Assembly (NCBI RefSeq): GCF_000015025.1
Contig: NC_008578.1
Coordinates: forward strand, 480,001-512,000
Reading direction: 5' to 3'
From: Acidothermus cellulolyticus 11B
Lineage (GTDB): Bacteria > Actinomycetota > Actinomycetes > Acidothermales > Acidothermaceae
Length of the DNA stretch: 32,000 nt
The translations under genes were made by a program, and so were the position numbers. Under the pieces are notes generated by a model, which was not told the DNA's origin, made no database searches, and saw only the letters and a list, made by a program, of their open reading frames with translations. Positions 24,502-32,000 of the stretch are shown here, piece by piece. Each line of letters starts with the position of its first letter. Positions within the stretch are counted from its first letter, which is position 1.

Positions 24502-25740
24502 TCACTGCTCGTCCAGCCCTTCGACGAACCCGAGCGGATCGGCGAGATCCTCGGCGGTGGGCAACAGGTCGGGATGGCGCCACAGCGCGTCCCGGCCGGC
24601 GACTGAACGGGCGTGACGCACCGCAGCCCAGAGCGCTGCGGCGTCCCTGAGCCGGCGCGGCCGAAGTTCCAGGCCGACCAGGGCGGCAAAAGTCTGCTCC
24701 GCGGGGCCGCCGGTCGCCCGCCGCCGGCGCACCATTTCGATGAGACCAGCCGCCGCTGGCAGATGCTCGCGGGCCGCCTGGTCGGTGACTTCGTCCACCC
24801 AGCCTTCGATCAGCGCAAGCAGCGTTTCCAATCGGTCGAGGGTCGCCTGCTGCGCGGGGGTGCGCTGCGGCTCGAAAAGGCCGCCGATCAGGGCATCCTG
24901 CAGGGTCTCCGGATGCGTCGGATCGATGGACTCCATCGCCTGGCGGATCCGTTCGGTGTCAATCGTGATCCCGCGGGCGTACTCCTCGAGGACACCGATC
25001 AACCGGGACCGCAGCCATGGCGTGCCGGCGTACAGCCGGTGATACGCGGCCTCCCGTAGGGCGAGGAAAATCCGCACTTCGGTGAGTGGGACGTCCAGAC
25101 CGGCGGCGAACGCGGCGACCCCGGCGGGGAGGAGGGCGGCCTGTCCGGCTCCGGCGAGAGGGAGACCGACGTCCGTGGAACTGACGACGTCGCGGGCCAG
25201 GGCGCCGAGCGCCTGGCCGACCTGACCGCCGTACATCACCCCGCCGACCTGACGCATCATTGCCGCGAGCGGCCCGGTGAGCTGTTGAAGCTGAGCCGGG
25301 AGCTCCGCGTCGGGACCGGCCGCCTCTCCGGCGAGCCCCGCGCTCAGCTCGCTGCCGAACGCCTCAACGACCCGGGCTGCGACGGGTTCGACGAGTTCCC
25401 GCCACGTCGGCAGGGTTGCTTCGATCCATTCGGCGCGGCTCCAGGCCCGCGCGGCGCGTATCGCCCCGGGCAGTTCGGTGTGCGGCTCCAGCCACAGGTC
25501 GGCGAGCCGCAGGCTCTCGGCGACGTCACGCTGGTCGGCTTCGGTGACCGAGACGTCGTCGGCGGCGATAGATTGCCGGGCGACATCCCGCGCGAGATCC
25601 CAATTGACCGTCCCGCCGGACCAAGAGAGCAGATCGGCGAATCGGTGCAGGGCGGCACTCAGGTCGGCGGGGGAACCGAAATCGAACCCCGGCTGGTCGT
25701 CGTCCGGTTTACCGAAGCCGAACGGGAATTGGGCCATCAT
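24502..25740 (-). CDS. DUF2342-family zinc-dependent metalloprotease-like protein
   Basis: MMAQFPFGFGKPDDD...VNWDLARDVARQ N-terminus and 412-aa length are typical of this actinobacterial family (assignment recalled). Confidence 0.75.
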   Translation of the reverse strand: MMAQFPFGFGKPDDDQPGFDFGSPADLSAALHRFADLLSWSGGTVNWDLARDVARQSIAADDVSVTEADQRDVAESLRLADLWLEPHTELPGAIRAARAWSRAEWIEATLPTWRELVEPVAARVVEAFGSELSAGLAGEAAGPDAELPAQLQQLTGPLAAMMRQVGGVMYGGQVGQALGALARDVVSSTDVGLPLAGAGQAALLPAGVAAFAAGLDVPLTEVRIFLALREAAYHRLYAGTPWLRSRLIGVLEEYARGITIDTERIRQAMESIDPTHPETLQDALIGGLFEPQRTPAQQATLDRLETLLALIEGWVDEVTDQAAREHLPAAAGLIEMVRRRRATGGPAEQTFAALVGLELRPRRLRDAAALWAAVRHARSVAGRDALWRHPDLLPTAEDLADPLGFVEGLDEQ

Positions 25741-25898
25741 GCCACCTCACGGTCGGTTGACGCGTCGAAAGACGAGAACGTCACGAGTGCGTGGATGACA
25801 GTTTGGCAACCGTCGGGTGCCGAGGAGTGGGTCGCCGGCTCGGTCTCGGGCAGGATGGAACCCGCGGTACGAGCGATACGAGATGGGGTCGCCGGGGG

Positions 25899-27065
25899 AT
25901 GAGAGCGGAGCGGGACGGCGGGCATGTGCCCAACGCTAGTCGCGGAGACGGGACGGATGGCGGGGCCGGCCGGACGATTCGCCGACAGCGCAGCCGGGTC
26001 CGGTGCGTGGCGGTCACCGGGGCGGCGCGCCCTCTTGGCGATCGGCTGGTCCGGGCGCTGCTGGCGAGCGGATCGGTGCGCAAGACGATCGCGATCGATA
26101 CGATCCGCGGCGAGAGTGAGGCGACGTGGCGGCTTGCCGACCCCCGCGACCCGGCTCTGGCGGACCGACTGCGGGGGGTGGACACGCTGGTCCACCTCGC
26201 CATCGACAGCGGGGTTGGCGCCGATCGGGCTTGGCAGGAATCGCTGAACGTGCACGGCACGGCCGCCGCGCTCACGGCCGCCGCGGCGTCCGGCGTCCGC
26301 CACGTCGTGATCGTGACGAGCGCCCAGGTGTACGGCGCGTCGCCGGCGAATCCGGTACCGCTGGACGAAGACGCCGAGGTGCGGGCGCTGCCGGAGAGCG
26401 GCCTGCTTCGGGATTTGCTCGAGATGGAGCGGCTCGCGGCGCAAGCCCCGCGCACCCATCCGGGGCTTTCGGTGAGCGTCGTGCGCCCGGCGGCCGTGGT
26501 CGGTCCCGGGGTGGACACGGTCATCACCCGGCACTTCGAAGGACCGCGGCTGTTGGGTGTGAAAGGTACGGCGACCTGCTGGCAGTTCTGCCACGTCGAT
26601 GACTTGATTTCCGCACTGGTACGGATCGCGCTCCGTGATCTCGACGCCGGCGGCGAGGAACGATATGCGGTTTTTGCCGTTGGCGCCAAGGGATTTCTCA
26701 CCCGGGCGGAAGTCGAACGGTTGAGCGGAAAACGCCACGTTGACCTTCCCGCGTCGGTGGCGTTCGGCACGGCTGAGCGATTGCACCGGATCGGCGTCAC
26801 TCCGGCCACCGCGGGCGATCTGCAGTACCTCGTCTATCCGTGGGTTGTCGAGCCGCGGCGGATTTTCACCCTCGGATGGCAACCGAGCTACGACAACGAG
26901 GCGGCGCTGCGGCTGCTCCTGACCGAGACCGCGGGTCGGTTGACCATCGGTGGGCATCGGCTCGGACGCCGGGACGCCGCCGCGGGCGCAGCCGTCGGCG
27001 CCACGGTCGCGCTGGTCGGGACGGCCGCCCTGGTACGGCGGGCGCGGAGGCGGCGTCGTGCCTGA
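25899..27065 (+). CDS. NAD-dependent epimerase/dehydratase (SDR) with a C-terminal membrane anchor
   Basis: VAVTGAARPLGDRLVRALL Rossmann motif, and a C-terminal AAAGAAVGATVALVGTAALV hydrophobic segment followed by RRARRRRRA. The start is uncertain; the track starts at 25791. Confidence 0.7.
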   Translation: MRAERDGGHVPNASRGDGTDGGAGRTIRRQRSRVRCVAVTGAARPLGDRLVRALLASGSVRKTIAIDTIRGESEATWRLADPRDPALADRLRGVDTLVHLAIDSGVGADRAWQESLNVHGTAAALTAAAASGVRHVVIVTSAQVYGASPANPVPLDEDAEVRALPESGLLRDLLEMERLAAQAPRTHPGLSVSVVRPAAVVGPGVDTVITRHFEGPRLLGVKGTATCWQFCHVDDLISALVRIALRDLDAGGEERYAVFAVGAKGFLTRAEVERLSGKRHVDLPASVAFGTAERLHRIGVTPATAGDLQYLVYPWVVEPRRIFTLGWQPSYDNEAALRLLLTETAGRLTIGGHRLGRRDAAAGAAVGATVALVGTAALVRRARRRRRA

Positions 27066-27531
27066 CGAGCTGAGGAACGTGACGGCCGACCCGGGGGTCG
27101 AGGCGCCGTCCGCCGTGGTGCGGCTGATCGGCATCCGATCGGCGGAGCTGTCCGTTGACGAGGCGATTTCCGCGGTGCGGGATCCGCGGGCCGGAGGGAT
27201 CGCCGTCTTCATCGGGACGGTTCGCGACACCGACGAGGGCCGTGGCGTGGTGGCGCTGGACTACGAGGCGCATCCGCTGGCCGAGCAATTCCTCCAGGAC
27301 GTCGCCGGGGAAATCGCGGGACGCCATGCGGTGTTTGGGCTCGCCGCCGTCCACCGAACCGGCTCGCTGCGGGTCGGTGACATCGCGGTGGTCACCGCGG
27401 CATCGGCCGCGCATCGTGACCAGGCATTTGCGGCGGCGCGGGAATTCATCGACGTGCTCAAGGACCGGGTGCCGATCTGGAAGCGGCAATGGTTCGCCGA
27501 CGGGACGTCGTCCTGGGTCGGATCACCGTAA
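27058..27531 (+). CDS. moaE: Molybdopterin synthase catalytic subunit
   Basis: GIAVFIGTVRD...ALDYEAHPLAE...VGDIAVVTAASAAHRDQAFAAAREFIDVLKDRVPIWKRQ. GTG 27058 sits 7 nt after GGAGG and overlaps the SDR stop (GTGCCTGA). Confidence 0.85.
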   Translation: MPDELRNVTADPGVEAPSAVVRLIGIRSAELSVDEAISAVRDPRAGGIAVFIGTVRDTDEGRGVVALDYEAHPLAEQFLQDVAGEIAGRHAVFGLAAVHRTGSLRVGDIAVVTAASAAHRDQAFAAAREFIDVLKDRVPIWKRQWFADGTSSWVGSP

Positions 27532-27660
27532 GCCGGCGGGAGTGGCGGCCTCCCGTGCAGGCCAAGGTCTGCGCACGTGTTCGGGAATCCTCTATTGTGG
27601 AGCTGCAGGCGGGGAATTCTCCGGTTCGACGCGACGATTTCTTGAGAGGGCGATTTTCCG

Positions 27661-27975
27661 ATGACCGCGCTGGCATGGCTGGCGATACCGCTGGTGGCGC
27701 TGCTCATCGGTCTGATTTCCGCGGCCCGAATGAGCCGGCCGCGGCGGCCCGCGGAGGTAGAGGAGTCGGTCGAATCATTCGTGCGATTCCGGCAGGCGCT
27801 TGCCGCCCAGTCCCGGTCCGCCGCGACTCGATCGGCTTCACCGCGGCCGCACGAGAATTCACCATCGCCGCGAGAGAATCTTCCGCCCGAGCGACCCGTC
27901 GATCGGACTCCGGCCCGGGTGCCGGAGGGCGTCGGGGCGGTGACTGCTGATCGAACACCCGGCGGCGGGTCCTAA
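27661..27975 (+). CDS. Small hypothetical membrane protein (single N-terminal TM, Pro/Arg-rich tail)
   Basis: MTALAWLAIPLVALLIGLISAA followed by a charged low-complexity tail. ATG is preceded by GAGAGGG. I recognise no family. Confidence 0.45.
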   Translation: MTALAWLAIPLVALLIGLISAARMSRPRRPAEVEESVESFVRFRQALAAQSRSAATRSASPRPHENSPSPRENLPPERPVDRTPARVPEGVGAVTADRTPGGGS

Positions 27976-28158
27976 CCGGACGACGCCCAAGCGCCGGCAG
28001 GGCGCCGAGGTACCGGCAATGCCGGGATCAGGCACCGGCGGAGCGCCGGGAATGCCGGGAACCGGGCGCCGAGGCACCGGCAGTTGCGCTGAACAGCTCA
28101 AGATGCGTTGCTCCACATGCCGATGCTGCGGACGTAGTCCCACCGAGAGTGAGGCATC

Positions 28159-28602
28159 GTGGAACACGTCGTCTTCTTCCCCGCACCGGATCGCAGCCCT
28201 GCGTTCCGGAGATTCCCCGACCTTGACCAGGCGTTGCGCTTCGTCGAACACCTCCGCAACGTCGAGAACGTGACCGAGGCGTCGGTATACGCCCTCACTG
28301 AGGTACCGCTCTCGTTCCGTGCGTGGTACCGCGTCGAAGTCCCCTCGACGCACGAGTCCAACGGCTTCGGCCCGCAGATTCCGTCCGAGCCCCGGACGGT
28401 CGCCGAGGCAATTGAAGCAATGGGTTCGGCCACGGGGATCGTCGTACCGGACGAACCGCTGGGTGTCCCGCCCGTCGCGCCGGTGACGCCGTCGCCGGTG
28501 GCCGTCGCACCGCCCGCGGCAACCCAGCCGGTGGTAGAGCCGAATCAGGAGATCGCTCCAGCGGAGAACGGCCGCCGGGGACTCGGGTTCTTCGCCCGCT
28601 GA
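28159..28602 (+). CDS. Hypothetical protein (ordered N-terminal half, Pro/Val-rich C-terminal half)
   Basis: GTG start after GAGTGAGG and GC3-rich codons throughout. MEHVVFFPAPDRSPAFRRFPDLDQALRFVEHLRNVENV looks like a folded domain. Confidence 0.55.
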   Translation: MEHVVFFPAPDRSPAFRRFPDLDQALRFVEHLRNVENVTEASVYALTEVPLSFRAWYRVEVPSTHESNGFGPQIPSEPRTVAEAIEAMGSATGIVVPDEPLGVPPVAPVTPSPVAVAPPAATQPVVEPNQEIAPAENGRRGLGFFAR

Positions 28603-28665
28603 GCTGGCGTGGATTCCTCGCCCGCTGAGCTGGCGTGGGTTCCTCGCCCGCTGAGCCCGCGTGCC
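28588..28665. repeat. Three tandem copies of a 26-bp unit, each carrying TGA
   Basis: ttcttcgcccgcTGAgctggcgtgga / ttcctcgcccgcTGAgctggcgtggg / ttcctcgcccgcTGAgcccgcgtgcc. Copy 1 contains the stop of the 28159..28602 gene. Confidence 0.9.
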
Positions 28666-28774
28666 GGCCACCGCTGACAGCTCTCCGGCCCACAGATCTT
28701 TCCTGCTCGGCGAGCTGATCGCCGGGCGTTCCACCCGCTGCCGGCGGCGATGGATCGCCCAGTACGCTCGCAAC

Positions 28775-29845
28775 GTGCGCCGTGAACAGCTGACCTTCTG
28801 GGTCTGTGGGGTGCTGCTCGTCGTTCTCGGCGCCGTCGGTTGGCAGATGCCGGTTCCGTACGTCCGGTTGGCTCCCGGTCCGGTCGGGGACACGCTTGGC
28901 ACGGTCCCCAAAGTTTTTGGCTCGTCGTCCGACAAGCCGGTGATTTCGATTACTGGTCATCCGACGGAGGCGACCTCGGGGCACCTGTACTTGGTGACGG
29001 TCGACGAGTACGGCGGTCCCGGCGAGGATTTGTCGCTCGGTGACGTGCTCGTCGGGTGGTGGCGGAAGTCGGACGCCGTCCTGCCGATCCGCCTCGTCTA
29101 CCCGCCGTCGGCGACCCGGCAGCAGGTGCAGCAGCAGGCTGCCGAACAGATGGACGTCTCCCAGGAGGATGCCAAGGTCGCCGCGCTGCGCTACCTCGGC
29201 TACCCGGTCCAACCCGGTGTGGAGATCTCCGAGATTCTCGCGAACTCGTCGATCAAAGGCAAGGCGCAACCCGGCGACGTGATTCTCCGCGTGGACGACG
29301 CTCGCGTGCGCAACGCCGATGAGCTGCTCGCCGTGCTGCGCACGCACCACGTCGGCGACCACGTCACCCTGCACGTCAACCGGTATGGGACGCCGGTTGA
29401 CATCCCGGCGGTGCTCGGCAAACCGCTGACCGGATCGACCGTGCCGAGCATCGGCATCCAGGTGATCGACAGCTACACCCAGCCGTTTCGGATCGACATT
29501 CAGCTCTCTGGGGTCGGTGGACCGAGCGCCGGGCTGGCCTTCGCCCTGGGGATCGTCGACAAGCTCGGCGCTGGGAACCTCACCGGCGGCAAGAGCATCG
29601 CTGCGACGGGGACGATCGACCTCGACGGCAACGTCGGCGCGATCGGCGGAGTCCAGCAGAAGATGGTCGCCGCCAAGGATGCCGGTGCGACGGTCTTTTT
29701 GCTGCCGAAGGACAACTGCGGTGAGGCGGTACCGGCGGCGCCGTCGGGGCTGCGGCTCGTGCCGGTGACGACGCTGACCGATGCGGTGAACGCGCTGCGC
29801 ACGCTGGACGCGGGCGAGACGCCGCCGAGTTGCCCAGCCGGGTGA
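28775..29845 (+). CDS. PDZ domain-containing Lon-like (S16) serine protease, YlbL/SepM type
   Basis: N-terminal TM (LTFWVCGVLLVVLGAV), a PDZ region (GDVILRVDDARVRNADELLAVL) and a Lon proteolytic motif GVGGPSAGLAFALGIVDKL...IGGVQQKMVAAKDAGATVFLLP. The track start at 28661 lies inside a tandem repeat, so GTG 28775 is preferred. Confidence 0.8.
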   Translation: MRREQLTFWVCGVLLVVLGAVGWQMPVPYVRLAPGPVGDTLGTVPKVFGSSSDKPVISITGHPTEATSGHLYLVTVDEYGGPGEDLSLGDVLVGWWRKSDAVLPIRLVYPPSATRQQVQQQAAEQMDVSQEDAKVAALRYLGYPVQPGVEISEILANSSIKGKAQPGDVILRVDDARVRNADELLAVLRTHHVGDHVTLHVNRYGTPVDIPAVLGKPLTGSTVPSIGIQVIDSYTQPFRIDIQLSGVGGPSAGLAFALGIVDKLGAGNLTGGKSIAATGTIDLDGNVGAIGGVQQKMVAAKDAGATVFLLPKDNCGEAVPAAPSGLRLVPVTTLTDAVNALRTLDAGETPPSCPAG

Positions 29846-29882
29846 GGGAGCGCCTCGGCCTGTCGTATCCTGGTAGCCACGA

Positions 29883-29956
29883 CGCGGGGTGGAGCAGCTC
29901 GGTAGCTCGCTGGGCTCATAACCCAGAGGTCGCAGGTTCAAATCCTGCCCCCGCTA
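29883..29956 (+). tRNA. metU: Initiator tRNA-fMet (anticodon CAT), CCA not encoded
   Basis: I folded the 74-nt cloverleaf by hand: acceptor CGCGGGG/CCCCGCT with a C1xU72 mismatch, D arm GAGC/GCTC, anticodon stem CTGGG/CCCAG with three consecutive G:C pairs, loop CTCATAA, and T arm GCAGG-TTCAAAT-CCTGC. Confidence 0.95.
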
Positions 29957-29962
29957 CGAAGA

Positions 29963-30020
29963 CCGCTCGTCAGGCGCGCATCTCGTGCACGGGTGCAGTC
30001 GCTTGACCAGCGGTTTTTTT
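29963..30020 (+). terminator. Intrinsic terminator downstream of tRNA-fMet
   Basis: Imperfect long stem CCGCTCGTCAGG (29963-29974) pairs with CTTGACCAGCGG (30002-30013), 10 of 12 positions. It is followed by T7 (30014-30020), which is striking in this GC-rich sequence. Confidence 0.5.
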
Positions 30021-30262
30021 ACTTCACCCGCGTTTGGACGGGCGGATCGCTCGGGACTTCCAAGTCCGCACCCAACAGATCGTCTAGTTGAGCCCTGTCG
30101 ATGTGATCTTCTCCTCTGACAGAGAAGGCCGCTGGCGCGGCGCGGCTTCCGACTACTCCATGACGCATCTTTGCAGCACCGAAGGCATCCCCCACTGCGG
30201 CGATTGCGTCACCGACGACGAGTACGCCGGCAAAGCCAGCAAGTAGCTCACACAACGATTAG

Positions 30263-31683
<1,421 letters not shown>

Positions 31684-31728
31684 CTACCGTGTCGTATTCC
31701 CGGTCGTCGGTAGTGCGACGAGTACGAC

Positions 31729-32000
31729 GTGTCCCTGTCACCGGACGATTTTCTTCAGCCGCTTGACCTCGACTCTACGCTTCGGTCCGAGGAAGAGCGG
31801 GCGTTGTCCACGTTTGCCGGTGGGAGCGCCGGTGGGGTCAACGCGACAATCTCCGACCCTCTCGTGGTTGCGATATTGACGTTCTTCGACGGTGTCGGTC
31901 ACGTCGTGCGGTCATGCAAGGTCGGTGCTGAATTGGCGGCGCGCGGCCACAACGTCGTGGTCGGTTGTGCCGAAGGAGCGAAACAAATCGTCGAGCGCTT
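31729..32000 (+). CDS. Partial ORF running off the window end, possibly the N-terminus of a GT1 (MGT/UDP-glycosyltransferase-like) enzyme
   Basis: The frame is open from 31714 to the window end. VVAILTFFDGVGHVVRSCKVGAELAARGHNVVVGCAEGAKQIVER resembles the GT1 N-terminal pattern (..ILF....G.GHV.P...LA.EL..RGH.V). Possible starts are GTG 31729 or GTG 31864. It is not in the ORF track because no stop lies in the window. Confidence 0.3.
   Translation, partial: MSLSPDDFLQPLDLDSTLRSEEERALSTFAGGSAGGVNATISDPLVVAILTFFDGVGHVVRSCKVGAELAARGHNVVVGCAEGAKQIVER

Noticed and set aside
8520-28665. Whether the tandem repeats (8520-8601, 19294-19389, 28588-28665 and others) could be CRISPR arrays or a dispersed REP/MITE family.
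   Set aside because: The copies are directly adjacent or separated by very short non-unique spacers, with only 2-4 copies. The units differ at every locus and there are no cas genes. They are local duplications, not CRISPR or a dispersed element.
29843-29871. A promoter for tRNA-fMet, with TATCCT at 29866-29871, 11 nt before the mature 5' end.
   Set aside because: The -10-like hexamer is plausible, but I could not find a convincing -35 element at 16-19 nt spacing. It is too weak to list as a feature.
1435-29941. Other long antisense or out-of-frame ORFs: 1435-3396 (+), 4485-5732 (-), 7332-8444 (-), 10743-12323 (-), 19154-20155 (-), 22450-23802 (-), 25737-27230 (-), 28295-29941 (-), and many ORFs of 60-200 aa.
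   Set aside because: Each overlaps a gene with clear family motifs on the opposite strand or in another frame and has Arg/Pro/Gly-rich composition. The last one even runs through the tRNA. I treat them as GC artefacts.
30019-30255. The 78-aa minus-strand ORF directly after the tRNA terminator as a real gene.
   Set aside because: It has a TTG start, no SD and no recognisable family. It competes with a plus-strand short ORF over the same bases, and its stop overlaps the terminator T-tract. The evidence is insufficient to annotate either ORF.

Overview
Very GC-rich actinobacterial chromosome segment, mostly core genome. From memory, the gene order matches the conserved whiB2/fbiA(cofD) and manB/sahH neighbourhood of Mycobacterium and Streptomyces. 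Contents, left to right: (1) a minus-strand operon of gmd plus three translationally coupled GT4 glycosyltransferases, divergent from fcl and a manC-like guanylyltransferase (GDP-L-fucose module); (2) Lrp/AsnC regulator, DDAH-like amidinotransferase and rocD; (3) cofD, then divergent whiB; (4) MFS transporter, SGNH lipoprotein, a 1045-aa GT2/polytopic membrane protein and a DUF5719-like protein; (5) degenerate zincin-like protein, DUF3499, a small CxxC protein, manB, a Trm112-like protein, SIS-type PGI/PMI, ahcY, trmL; (6) DUF2342 metalloprotease-like protein, SDR epimerase, moaE, two small hypothetical genes, a PDZ/Lon-like S16 protease; (7) initiator tRNA-fMet with a U-tract terminator, followed by a lower-GC islet holding an aldo/keto reductase, a transposase remnant and a partial GT1-like ORF. 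I found no obvious defence or mobile system. The most notable observations are: a manC whose essential nucleotide-binding loop lies upstream of any canonical start codon (probable ATC start behind a perfect SD); a recurrent pattern of short local tandem duplications anchored on or just after stop codons, including a 41-bp duplication that encodes the C-termini of convergent rocD and cofD on opposite strands; repeat and palindrome arrays upstream of whiB and manB; and the tRNA-flanked islet. Long antisense ORFs in the track are GC-composition artefacts.
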